Positions 28,593 to 38,038 of a stretch of DNA of 64,000 bases are shown here, one piece after another; position 1 is the stretch's first letter, and the number at the start of each line of letters is the position of its first letter. Origin of the DNA: Alphaproteobacteria bacterium. Lineage in GTDB: Bacteria > Pseudomonadota > Alphaproteobacteria > JAAXGF01. The DNA lies in the NCBI GenBank assembly GCA_963555825.3, contig CAUVXB020000001.1, positions 1,952,001 through 2,016,000 on the forward strand, given 5' to 3'. The translations under genes were made by a program, and so were the position numbers. The notes beneath the pieces are model-generated. The model saw only the letters and a program-made list of their open reading frames with translations, did no database searches and was not told the origin of the DNA.

Positions 28593-29966
28593 ATGGCCGC
28601 CTCCGCCAAGCGTTACGCCTGTCAGGAATGCGGCGCCAGTCACGGCAAGTGGGCCGGCCGATGCGACGCCTGCGGCGCCTGGAACACGATCGTCGAGGAG
28701 CTGCCGCGCGAGGCGACGCCCAAGGGACTGGGTAGCGGCGCCGGACGCAAGATAGAACTGGTCGGCCTGCGCGGCGATGAACCCGAGCCCCCGCGCATCA
28801 CCACCGGCATCAGCGAGCTCGATCGTACCTTCGGCGGCGGCTTGGTGCGTGGCTCGGCGGTGCTGATCAGCGGCGATCCGGGCATCGGAAAATCGACCCT
28901 TCTGTTGCAGGCCGCCGCGGCGCTGGCCCGTCGGGAAGCCTCCTGCGTCTACATCTCGGGCGAGGAAGCCACCGGGCAGCTCAGGCTGCGCGCCGGCCGC
29001 CTCGGGCTCGGCGAGGCGTCGGTGCTGCTCGCCGCGGCGACCAATGTCCGCGACATTCTGACCAGTCTCGATACACCCGAGGGCGTCGACGTCGTGGTCA
29101 TCGATTCGATCCAGACGATGTTCGTCGATTCGCTCGACTCGGCGCCAGGCACCGTCGCCCAGGTGCGCACCAGCGCCCAAGAACTAATCCGTTTCGGCAA
29201 GCGCAAGGGTGTCGTGATGCTGCTCGTCGGCCATGTCACCAAGGATGGCCAGATCGCCGGACCGCGCGTGCTCGAGCACATGGTCGACACCGTCCTCCAT
29301 TTCGAGGCCGAGGGCAGTCACCAGTACCGCATCCTGCGCGCTGTCAAGAACCGCTTCGGCGCGAGCGACGAGATCGGCGTTTTCGAGATGACCGACGGTG
29401 GCCTCAACGAAGTGCCCAATCCGTCGGCCCTGTTTCTCGGCGATCACGAGCACGACATCAGCGGCGCCGCCGTCTTCGCCGGGCTCGAGGGCACGCGTCC
29501 TGTGCTGGTTGAAATTCAGGCGCTCGTCGCCCCCTCGCCGCTGGCCACGCCACGCCGCGCGGTGGTCGGCTGGGACGGCGCACGGCTCGCCATGTTAATG
29601 GCCGTGCTCGATGCACGATGCGGGCTTGCGCTGGGCGGCAACGACGTCTACTTAAACGTCGCTGGCGGCTTGCGTATCGGCGAGCCGGCGGCGGACCTCG
29701 CGGTTGCCGCAGCGCTGGTCTCGTCGGTCACCGGCGAACCGTTGCCGGGTACCACGGTGGTATTCGGCGAGGTCGGGTTATCGGGCGAGGTACGACAGGT
29801 GAGTCAGGCCGACATTCGGCTCAAGGAAGCGGCCAAATTGGGCTTTACGAGGGCCATCGCGCCGCGGCGTAAGCGCGGCGAACCGGCCGGTGCGATTGCG
29901 GTCAACGAAATCACGCGCCTGCAGGACATGGTCGACCTGTTCGGCACATCGTCAGCCCGCGGGTAA
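28593..29966 (+). CDS. radA: DNA repair protein RadA/Sms
   Basis: C4 zinc finger, GDPGIGKST, IDSIQT, KNRFG. Confidence 0.97.
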   Translation: MAASAKRYACQECGASHGKWAGRCDACGAWNTIVEELPREATPKGLGSGAGRKIELVGLRGDEPEPPRITTGISELDRTFGGGLVRGSAVLISGDPGIGKSTLLLQAAAALARREASCVYISGEEATGQLRLRAGRLGLGEASVLLAAATNVRDILTSLDTPEGVDVVVIDSIQTMFVDSLDSAPGTVAQVRTSAQELIRFGKRKGVVMLLVGHVTKDGQIAGPRVLEHMVDTVLHFEAEGSHQYRILRAVKNRFGASDEIGVFEMTDGGLNEVPNPSALFLGDHEHDISGAAVFAGLEGTRPVLVEIQALVAPSPLATPRRAVVGWDGARLAMLMAVLDARCGLALGGNDVYLNVAGGLRIGEPAADLAVAAALVSSVTGEPLPGTTVVFGEVGLSGEVRQVSQADIRLKEAAKLGFTRAIAPRRKRGEPAGAIAVNEITRLQDMVDLFGTSSARG

Positions 29967-29974
29967 CGGCCGAG

Positions 29975-30643
29975 ATGGACGTGTCATCGGTCAACATCGC
30001 CGACGCTGCCGTTGCGATCATTCTGCTGGTTTCCGGCGCGCTTGCCTTCTTTCGCGGCGCCGTACGCGAGCTGCTCGCAATCGTCGGCTGGGTGGCGTCC
30101 GCCGGCATGACCTTCTTCGCCTTCGACTACGTCCAGCCCTTCGCGCGTGAGCTGATTGAGGTGCCGCTAGTCGCCGATGGCGCCGGCGCGCTTGCCATCT
30201 TCATCGCCACGCTGGTTCTCTTCGCCTTGATCGGCGGCATCGTCTCGCGGCGCATCAAGGCAAGCAGCTTGGATGCGGTCGACCGATCGCTCGGCTTCGT
30301 CTTCGGCCTGTTGCGGGGCGGTGCGATCATCTCGATCGCCTATGTCATGGTGATCTGGGCGACCCTGCCCGACGACCCGCCCGACTGGCTTCGCGACGCA
30401 CGCGCCGGTCCGATCGTGGTGCATGGCGCGGCGATCGTCTGCCGGGCGATCCCGCCGGCGGCGCGCGCCGCCGGAAACGGCGCCTGTGACAAGGTCTCGG
30501 AAGCGATGAGAGACACGCTGGACGAAGCCGAGGTCTTCGAACTTCTGAGCAATCCGCCGCCGACGGTCGACAGCGAGCAGCGCGACGGCTATACCAACGC
30601 CGAGCGCAAGGCAATGGAACGACTAATCCAGGGTACCGAATGA
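29975..30643 (+). CDS. cvpA: CvpA family membrane protein
   Basis: RGAVRE, DRSLGFVFGLLRG; directly upstream of purF. Confidence 0.9.
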   Translation: MDVSSVNIADAAVAIILLVSGALAFFRGAVRELLAIVGWVASAGMTFFAFDYVQPFARELIEVPLVADGAGALAIFIATLVLFALIGGIVSRRIKASSLDAVDRSLGFVFGLLRGGAIISIAYVMVIWATLPDDPPDWLRDARAGPIVVHGAAIVCRAIPPAARAAGNGACDKVSEAMRDTLDEAEVFELLSNPPPTVDSEQRDGYTNAERKAMERLIQGTE

Positions 30644-32103
30644 CAGCGCCGCCGTTTATCCACCCCTTCGACGACGACAAGCTGCACGAAGAGTGCGGCG
30701 TCTTCGGCATCTTCGGCCATCACGATTCGGCCGCGCACACCACTCTCGGCCTCCACGCGCTGCAGCACCGCGGCCAGGGATCGGCCGGTATCGTGACCTT
30801 CGACGGCATGCAATACCACAGCCACCGCAGCCTCGGCCTGGTCGGCGACAACTTCAGCTCGGCCTCGGTCATCAACCGGCTCAAGGGCCGCGCGGCGATT
30901 GGCCACAACCGCTATGCCACGACCGGCGAAATCGTGCTGCGCAACGTTCAGCCGCTGTTCGCCGAGTTCGCGTTCGGCGGCCTGGCGATCGCGCATAACG
31001 GCAATCTGACCAACGCGATCACGCTGCGCGATCGGCTGGTGAAGCGCGGCTGCCTGTTCCAGTCGACTACCGACACCGAGATCATCATCCATCTCATCGC
31101 GACCAGCCCCCACGCCACCGTCGTCGACCGCATGGCCGATGCGTTGAACCAAGTGACCGGCGCCTTCTCGATGATCGCGCTGAGCAACGATTCGCTGATC
31201 GGCGTGCGCGACCCAAAGGGCGTGCGCCCCCTGGTGCTCGGCATCATCGAAGGCGCGCCGATCTTGACGTCGGAGACCTGCGCGCTCGATATCCTGGGCG
31301 CCGAATTCGTTCGCGACGTCGAGCCGGGCGAGATCGTCGTGATCAACGACGACGGCATCACGAGTCTCAGGCCGTTCCGAGACACGTCCAGCCGATTCTG
31401 CATTTTCGAGTACGTCTATTTCTCGCGGCCCGACAGCCACGTCGAGGGCTTGAGCGTCTACGAGGTCCGCAAGCGCATCGGCGCCGAACTGTCTCGCGAA
31501 TCGGGCGTCGACGCCGACATCGTCGTGCCGGTGCCAGACTCGGGTGTCGCCTCGGCGATCGGCTATGCGAGGGAGGCCGGGCTGCCGTTCGAGATCGGCA
31601 TCATCCGCAACCACTATGTCGGCCGCACCTTTATCGAGCCGACCGACCAGATACGCCACCTCGGCGTCAAGCTCAAGCACAACGCCAACGCCGCCAGCCT
31701 GACCGGCAAGCGGGTCGTGCTGGTCGACGACAGCATCGTGCGCGGTACGACGGCGACCAAGATCGTCGAAATGGTGCGCGGCGCCGGCGCCGCCGAGGTC
31801 CATATGCGCGTCGGTGGCCCGCCGACGACACATTCGTGCTTCTACGGCGTCGATACGCCGTCGCGCGACAACCTGCTGGCGGCGCGGCATGACGTGTCGG
31901 GCATGGCCGACTACATCGGCGTCGACAGCCTCGCGTTCCTGTCGATCGACGGTCTCTATCGCGCGGTCGGCAGCCACGGCCGTAATGACGACGCGCCACA
32001 ATACTGCGACGCCTGCTACACCGGCGATTATCCCGTGCCGCTGATCGACCGCGAGGGCGGCACCGACCGGCGTCAGCTATCCCTGCTGTCCGAATCGGAG
32101 TGA
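30640..32103 (+). CDS. purF: Amidophosphoribosyltransferase
   Basis: EECGVFG, LQHRGQ, CIFEYVYF.RPDS, VDDSIVRGTT, CFYG. Confidence 0.97.
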   Translation: MTAPPFIHPFDDDKLHEECGVFGIFGHHDSAAHTTLGLHALQHRGQGSAGIVTFDGMQYHSHRSLGLVGDNFSSASVINRLKGRAAIGHNRYATTGEIVLRNVQPLFAEFAFGGLAIAHNGNLTNAITLRDRLVKRGCLFQSTTDTEIIIHLIATSPHATVVDRMADALNQVTGAFSMIALSNDSLIGVRDPKGVRPLVLGIIEGAPILTSETCALDILGAEFVRDVEPGEIVVINDDGITSLRPFRDTSSRFCIFEYVYFSRPDSHVEGLSVYEVRKRIGAELSRESGVDADIVVPVPDSGVASAIGYAREAGLPFEIGIIRNHYVGRTFIEPTDQIRHLGVKLKHNANAASLTGKRVVLVDDSIVRGTTATKIVEMVRGAGAAEVHMRVGGPPTTHSCFYGVDTPSRDNLLAARHDVSGMADYIGVDSLAFLSIDGLYRAVGSHGRNDDAPQYCDACYTGDYPVPLIDREGGTDRRQLSLLSESE

Positions 32104-32791
32104 GCGGCGTGATCCAAGGCCGGCAGCGGCTCGCCGGTCGCGTTGCCTTGGTGACCGGCGCGTCGCGCGGTATCGGGGCGGCGGTCGCGCGCCGATTCGG
32201 GGCGGAAGGCGCGCATGTCGTCGCCGTTGCGCGAACGGTCGGCGGTCTCGAAGAACTCGACGACGCGATCAAGGCGGTTGGCGGCGGCGCGACCCTGGTA
32301 CCACTCGACCTTTGCGACTTCGACGCCATCGACCGGCTCGGCACCGCGGTCGCCGATCGTCACGGGCGCATCGACATCCTGGTCGGCAACGCCGCGATGC
32401 TCGGCGGGCTACGCCCGATGGGCCACTTCGAGCCCGACGTCTGGGAGCGCGTGTTCGACCTCAACGTCACGGCCAATTGGCGCCTGATCCACAACTTCGA
32501 CGCGTTGCTCCGGGCGTCCGATGCCGGCCGCGCGATCTTCGTCACCTCGAGTGTGACGCGCGGCACCTTCGCCTATTGGGGCGCTTACGCGGCCAGCAAG
32601 GCGGCGCTCGAAAGCATGGTCGAGACCTATGCCGCCGAGCTGGCAAAGACGAACGTCCGCGTCAATCTGCTCGACCCCGGTATCGCGCGCACCGCGATGC
32701 GCGCCGAGGCGATGCCGGGCGAGGACTCGATGTCGCTGCCGACCTCGCAGTGGCGGGCTGCCACTATTCGGGTAGACGCGTCGAGGCATAG
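32100..32791 (+). pseudogene. SDR (YciK-like) with apparent frameshifting deletion near 32741
   Basis: TGASRGIG, YAASK; SDR-like sequence stops at PGEDSMSLPT, and a plausible C-terminus (DLAVAGCHYSGRRVEA*) continues in the -1 frame to TAG 32791; the called ORF runs on to 32960. Confidence 0.65.
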
Positions 32792-32959
32792 CAGCCGTAC
32801 TCTGAGCTACCGACTCGGGCACACAATTGACGCCGAATCGAGCCTTGTTAAATTGTCGACACCTCTGAAGGAATCTATAGCCGGCCGCGAGTCCTGCTGG
32901 CCCAAACGCTGGCGCTGGGATTATGGCATTAGGCGCACCTACGCTCTAACATCCGAATA

Positions 32960-33075
32960 GCGAGAAAATGTTCTGGTTTCTATATTTAACGTTTCGCGTC
33001 CGACACCCCATTATGGTATCATTACAGTAATAATTTTCACCATTTACATGATTATAAATTGTAAGGGAGGACGCC
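32960..33075 (+). promoter_or_regulatory. AT-rich promoter region and strong RBS of the protease module
   Basis: Sharply lower GC than flanks; TTACA-N11-TGTAA inverted repeat at 33044-33064; AAGGGAGG before ATG 33076. Confidence 0.55.
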
Positions 33076-33576
33076 ATGCGACCAGAATTGACAGTTGAAT
33101 CTCTCGAAGCGCTTAATGCCACTGAAGAGGATGTTAAGGCGCTCGGCGACGCGTACGAGACGCTCTCGGCTCGCTTTATGCCGGAGGCAACCGCCATTAT
33201 GGCCGAGGCCGCCATCGACCATCCGGAGGCGCCTGGAAACATCGTCGGCTTTGGAATTGGCGAGAAAATATCGAAGGGAGAGTCGACGGGACGTCCGGCG
33301 GTGAAGGTCCTCGTGCGCGCGAAGGTCGATCCGGACCGACTGACCGAAGCCACCATGGTCCCGGACGCGGTCGATGGTATTCCCACGGACATCGACGAGA
33401 CCGGAGAAATCGTCGCCTACCAGTTCAGGGGCAGGCACCGGCCAGCGCCGGGCGGCGTGTCCATCTTCAACTGTAGAGTGAACGCGGCGGGGACGCTCGG
33501 GTGCTGGGTCGACGACGCAAGCGATAAAAGCGCTAAATACGAAAAAAAGAACAAGAAGATCAAGCGTGCGTCTTGA
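33076..33576 (+). CDS. N-terminal part of a NAL1-like trypsin-fold serine protease
   Basis: VGFGIG.K, VP..VDGIPTD..ETGEI.A N-domain, then RPAPGGVSI and AGTLGC.V protease start. Confidence 0.75.
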   Translation: MRPELTVESLEALNATEEDVKALGDAYETLSARFMPEATAIMAEAAIDHPEAPGNIVGFGIGEKISKGESTGRPAVKVLVRAKVDPDRLTEATMVPDAVDGIPTDIDETGEIVAYQFRGRHRPAPGGVSIFNCRVNAAGTLGCWVDDASDKSAKYEKKNKKIKRAS

Positions 33577-34163
33577 GCAACAACCACGTGATCGCCATGG
33601 TCAATGACGGCTCGCCGGGAGATCCAATCTCCCAGCCTGGAAGGCTCGATGGCGGGGTATGTCCAGACGATGTCATTGCCAGGCTCTTGCGTTTCGTTAC
33701 GATGAACTTTTCCGGCGGGAGCAACGAGGTCGACGCGGCGATCGCGCAAGCTGAATCCGAAAGAGTCGTCGAATCTCGCATCTTGCGTGCGGCAGGCCAA
33801 CTCGACAAGCTTGTACCGCCGGAAGTCAAAGGCGCGGTCAACATGAAGGTACAGAAGAGCGGCCGAACGACCGGGTGGACACACGGAGGGATCGATCTGT
33901 TGGGGGTCACCGTCAACGTGAACTATGCCCCTCCCGGCGCCCCGCCCAGAATCGCTCGCTTCGACAACCAATTCCGCGTCACCGTCCCTGGCGGAGGGGC
34001 CTTCAGCAAGGCCGGCGATTCCGGATCGTTGGTGACGACCGCGGAGAACCACCCGGTCGGACTGTTGTTCGCGGGCGGCGTCGGCGCGGGCGGCCTCGAC
34101 GTAACGTTCTGCAACCACATCGAGCTCGTCTTGTCCGCATTGGGCGTTACGATTCACTATTGA
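33537..34163 (+). CDS. C-terminal catalytic part of the NAL1-like serine protease (-1 frame)
   Basis: LSNNHV (His), QPG, VDAAIA (Asp), KSGRTTG.T, GDSGS (Ser), VGLLFAG; frame open from 33537, track start TTG 33573. Confidence 0.8.
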   Translation: MRKKEQEDQACVLSNNHVIAMVNDGSPGDPISQPGRLDGGVCPDDVIARLLRFVTMNFSGGSNEVDAAIAQAESERVVESRILRAAGQLDKLVPPEVKGAVNMKVQKSGRTTGWTHGGIDLLGVTVNVNYAPPGAPPRIARFDNQFRVTVPGGGAFSKAGDSGSLVTTAENHPVGLLFAGGVGAGGLDVTFCNHIELVLSALGVTIHY

Positions 34164-34184
34164 GCCCACGCACATGCGGCCGCC

Positions 34185-34544
34185 GTGGACGGGCCAACAT
34201 GGGGATTGATTTGGGTGTGGCGGCCGTTTGCACATGGGGGAGCGCCGTGCTACGCATGGCTGGCCGCTGGCGTAGCCGTCCTGCTGTTTGCCGGCTCCCT
34301 TGCGGCGGACGGCCAACTCGAAGTTACGGACGACATGGCTATCGAAAAGGTATTGGAGCGGCAACGGGAAGCGCTGATGCGCCGTCCCGAGGCCGTCGGC
34401 GTCGGAATCGGCGAGCGCGCGGGCAAGCCGGCGATCGTGCTCATGATCAAACGCAAGACGCCCGAGGCGCTGGCGGGGCTGCCCGCTGAAATCGACGGTC
34501 ATCCCTTGATCGTCGAAGAGGTCGGCGAGGTCACCGCGTACTGA
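34185..34544 (+). CDS. Small exported protein resembling the protease N-terminal domain
   Basis: Hydrophobic WLAAGVAVLLFAGSLA segment, then VGVGIGE, PAI, LPAEIDG.P..VEEVGEVTAY; start uncertain. Confidence 0.7.
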   Translation: MDGPTWGLIWVWRPFAHGGAPCYAWLAAGVAVLLFAGSLAADGQLEVTDDMAIEKVLERQREALMRRPEAVGVGIGERAGKPAIVLMIKRKTPEALAGLPAEIDGHPLIVEEVGEVTAY

Positions 34545-34609
34545 ATGCCCCTCGGCTGGCCGTGTTCCGTATGCCTTCGCGGCCGGGCGAGCGACAAGCA
34601 GGCGCTGGC

Positions 34610-35965
34610 TTACCGACCACGACGCGTTCTACGGTCGGCGTAGGGGTTCTTGCCGGCGCGCAGCAGCAGGCGGATCGGCACGGCATCGAGACCGAATGCA
34701 TCGCGCAGGCGGTTGGTCAGGTAACGGCCGTACGAATCGGGCAATGCATTCGGCTTGCTGACGAACACCGCGAATGTCGGCGGCCGCGCCTTGACCTGAG
34801 TGACATAGCGAATCTTCAGCCGCCGGCCTTCGACCATGGGCGGCGGGTGTTCGCCGACCACATCCCTGAGCCAGCGGTTGAGCTTTCCGGTCGAGACGCG
34901 CTTGTTCCACAGGTCATAGATCTCGAACAGCTTCGGCATGAGCGTGTCGACGCCACGGCCGGTCAGGGCAGAGAACGTCACCAACGGCATGCCTCTCACC
35001 TGGGTCAACGATTCGCCGAGGCGTTCTTGGATGAGCGCGCGCATCGCGCGATCGTCCTTGACCAGATCCCATTTGTTGGCCGCGACGACGAGCCCGCGGC
35101 CTTCCTCGACGACGTGGCGCGCGATGTTCAAATCCTGGCGCTCGAGCGCCGCGAGCGCGTCGAGCACGAGCACGACGACCTCGGCGTGGCGAATGACGCG
35201 CAGCGTTTCACCGGCCGAGAGTTGTTCGAGCTTGACGTCGATCCGGGCGCGGCGACGCAAGCCCGCCGTGTCGACGAGGCGCACCGGCCGGTCCTTGTAC
35301 GACCATTCGACGGCGATCGAGTCGCGCGTGATGCCCGGTTCGGGTCCGGTGATCGATCGCTCGTCGCCGACCAGGCGGTTGAGCAGCGTCGACTTGCCGA
35401 CGTTCGGCCGGCCGATGATGGCGAGTTGCAGCGGCCGTTCATCCCTCGGTGCGGCGTCCTTGATGGCGGCCTCGGGCGCGTGGGCCGCCAGCGCGTCGTA
35501 AAGCTCGGCCATGCCCTCGCCGTGCTCGGCCGAGATCGCCACCGGATCGCCAAGGCCGAGCGCGTAGGCTCCGAAGAAACCTTCGTCGCCGCCGCGGCCC
35601 TCGCACTTGTTGACCACGGGGACGACCGGCGCGTCCAAACGACGCAGCACGTCGGCGAAGTGCTGGTCGACCGGCGTCACCCCGGCACGGCCATCGATCA
35701 CCAGCAGCGTCACGTCGGCGGCCTCGGCCGCGCGATCGGTCTGCGCCTGCATGCGGCCTTCGAGGCTGTCGGGGTCGGCCTCGGCGAGACCCGCGGTATC
35801 GATCACAGTGAAGCGCAGGGGGCCGAGCCGCGCTTCGCCCTCGCGGCGGTCGCGGGTCACGCCCGGCGTGTCGTCGACGATGGCGAGGCGGCGCCCGACC
35901 AGACGATTGAACAGGGTCGACTTGCCCACGTTCGGTCGGCCTACCACGGCTACGGTAAAGGTCAT
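34610..35965 (-). CDS. der: Ribosome biogenesis GTPase Der
   Basis: Two G domains (GRPNVGKS x2, DTAG x2, NKCE/NKWD). Confidence 0.97.
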   Translation of the reverse strand: MTFTVAVVGRPNVGKSTLFNRLVGRRLAIVDDTPGVTRDRREGEARLGPLRFTVIDTAGLAEADPDSLEGRMQAQTDRAAEAADVTLLVIDGRAGVTPVDQHFADVLRRLDAPVVPVVNKCEGRGGDEGFFGAYALGLGDPVAISAEHGEGMAELYDALAAHAPEAAIKDAAPRDERPLQLAIIGRPNVGKSTLLNRLVGDERSITGPEPGITRDSIAVEWSYKDRPVRLVDTAGLRRRARIDVKLEQLSAGETLRVIRHAEVVVLVLDALAALERQDLNIARHVVEEGRGLVVAANKWDLVKDDRAMRALIQERLGESLTQVRGMPLVTFSALTGRGVDTLMPKLFEIYDLWNKRVSTGKLNRWLRDVVGEHPPPMVEGRRLKIRYVTQVKARPPTFAVFVSKPNALPDSYGRYLTNRLRDAFGLDAVPIRLLLRAGKNPYADRRTRRGR

Positions 35966-35975
35966 CTCGGGACGC

Positions 35976-37298
35976 CTATCGGAGCGCGACCAGATCGCCC
36001 TCGCTGGTGAAGACATAGACCGTGCCGTTGGCCACGGCAGGCGGCAAGTCGACACCGTCGGGGAGCTCGATCTGTCCCAAAATCCGCCCCGAATAGGGCG
36101 AAATCGAAACCGCCTGGCTGTTGGTGCCAACCACGATCAAGCGGTCGCTGACCAGGATCGGTCCGGTCCAATAGATCGGATCCTCGCGATCCTCCGGATC
36201 CTCGTAGCGCGGCAGCGATCGCACCCAACGAATGCGTCCGTCGCGCCGCGACAGGCACAGAACGTCGCCATCGGTCGTCAGCAGGAACAGAAAGTCGCCG
36301 GCAATCCACGGCGTCTGGACACCCGACACCTCCTGATCCCAAAGGCGATCGCCGGTGCGTAGGCTGATCGCGACCAGCCGCCCCGAGAAGCTCACCGCAT
36401 AGACCCTGTCGCGGTCGATCACCGGGCTGCCGTTGATGTCGCTCAGCACCGACGAAGCACCCAGCCGCGTGCCGAACGACAGGGTATCGCTCCAGGCGAC
36501 GCGGCCGTTGTCGGCGCGCAGTGCGAACAATTCGCCCGACGAGTAGGCCGTGACCACAAGCCCGCCCGCGACCGCCGGGCTCGCCGTGCCCAACAGCTGT
36601 GCGTTCTCGGTGATGCCGCTGTGCGTCCAAAGTACGCGGCCATCGAGCGCACTCAAGGCGAACAGCTGATTGTCATAGCTGACGACGAACAGCCGGCCCT
36701 CGCTCAACGTCGGCGACGAACGAATTGGCGCGCCGACCGCGACACGCCAGATCTCGCTGCCGTTCGACGCGTCGAACGCGACGACTTCGCCGACGCCGGT
36801 GGCTGCGAAAACGCGGCCACTGCCGTACGCGATACCGCCGCCGAAGGCATCGTCCTCTTCATCGTCGGGCAACGCGCCGGCTTCCCAGACGCGTCTGCCG
36901 GTCGACGCGTCGTGTGCGCTGATCGTGCTCTCGGCATCGAAAGTGTAGACCCGGCCGTCGGCGACGATCGGCGGCGCCATCAGACCACGGCCTTCGGAAT
37001 CGCCTTCGCCGGCGTCGGCGCTCCACGCCCGCGCCAACGGTCCCGGCGCCGCAATATGGTGCATCGCGTGGTTTGCATAGCCACCACTTTGCGGCCAGCT
37101 GAGGTTGAGCGTCGGTTTGGGCAGTCGAACCTCGAGATCGGCGATGCGTTCGTCAGGCTCCGGCGCGCGTTCGAGCGCCAGGACCGAAATCCGCTCGCCG
37201 GGCAGCGGTGGCGCCTCCGGCTCGCCCAGATAATCGGGAAGCAGGTCGCAGGCGCCGAGTGCGAGCGCGAACGTTGCGACAGCGGCCGCCCGCTTCAT
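35976..37298 (-). CDS. bamB: PQQ-like beta-propeller lipoprotein (BamB-like)
   Basis: Lipobox LGAC, PLPGERISV, tryptophan docking repeats; yfgM-bamB-der order. Confidence 0.85.
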   Translation of the reverse strand: MKRAAAVATFALALGACDLLPDYLGEPEAPPLPGERISVLALERAPEPDERIADLEVRLPKPTLNLSWPQSGGYANHAMHHIAAPGPLARAWSADAGEGDSEGRGLMAPPIVADGRVYTFDAESTISAHDASTGRRVWEAGALPDDEEDDAFGGGIAYGSGRVFAATGVGEVVAFDASNGSEIWRVAVGAPIRSSPTLSEGRLFVVSYDNQLFALSALDGRVLWTHSGITENAQLLGTASPAVAGGLVVTAYSSGELFALRADNGRVAWSDTLSFGTRLGASSVLSDINGSPVIDRDRVYAVSFSGRLVAISLRTGDRLWDQEVSGVQTPWIAGDFLFLLTTDGDVLCLSRRDGRIRWVRSLPRYEDPEDREDPIYWTGPILVSDRLIVVGTNSQAVSISPYSGRILGQIELPDGVDLPPAVANGTVYVFTSEGDLVALR

Positions 37299-37960
37299 TA
37301 TCCAGCGCCGCCGGGGCGGTCTCCGAGTATGGCGAGAAACTCGGCGGCCCGGCCGCGAACTTCTTGGGGCGCCGTGGCGTCGTCGACCAGACCGGTAAAG
37401 ATGTTGCGCGCGGCAGCCATCTCGCCGCGGCGAAACGCGAGTAGGCCGGCCAGCTCGCGAGCGCTCGCCCGCCATGGCGACGCCTCGGTCATGAGCGGCG
37501 CCAGTCGCGCATCGAGCTCGCTAGGCGCCGCTGAGTCCATTTGATAGAGCACCGCGAGAAAGGCCGCCAGGTCACGCAGGGCCTGGTCGGCGCCGCCGTC
37601 GTCGGCCAGCCGATCGAGCGCGGCAACCGCACCCGCGCTGTCGCCCGCCGCATTCAGCGCCTGGGCCTCGCGCAAACGGGCAAGTGCCGCATAACCGGCG
37701 CCGGCGTCCTCGGCGAGCTGTGCGAAACTCGCCGCGGCGGCCGCGGGCCGGTCCTCGGTCAAATGGGTCACGGCGACCGAGAACGCCGTCCCATCGCTCA
37801 GCCGCTTGCTGAGACTGTATTCCTTCCAGCCGACGCTGCCGGCGACGCCGAGCACGACGCCGAGCGCGGCGCCAATGACGTAGTTGCCGTATTTCCGCCA
37901 TTGCTTGAGCATTTGCTCATGGCGGACCTCCTCGTCGACTTCACGAAAAACGTCGGACAC
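37298..37960 (-). CDS. Tetratricopeptide-like membrane protein (YfgM family)
   Basis: SDVFREVDEEVR, W.KYG, single TM, helical repeats. Confidence 0.85.
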   Translation of the reverse strand: MSDVFREVDEEVRHEQMLKQWRKYGNYVIGAALGVVLGVAGSVGWKEYSLSKRLSDGTAFSVAVTHLTEDRPAAAAASFAQLAEDAGAGYAALARLREAQALNAAGDSAGAVAALDRLADDGGADQALRDLAAFLAVLYQMDSAAPSELDARLAPLMTEASPWRASARELAGLLAFRRGEMAAARNIFTGLVDDATAPQEVRGRAAEFLAILGDRPGGAG

Positions 37961-38038
37961 GGGCGGTTCCAGAATGGCTGAAAAGGGCGGCTAAGATAGA
38001 CTGTGACGGTGGCGTTAGCAACCGGTCCCGTAACGGAT

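Noticed and set aside
32792-32960. C-terminal extension of the called 286-aa SDR as a new domain
   Set aside because: Better explained as read-through after a frameshifting deletion.
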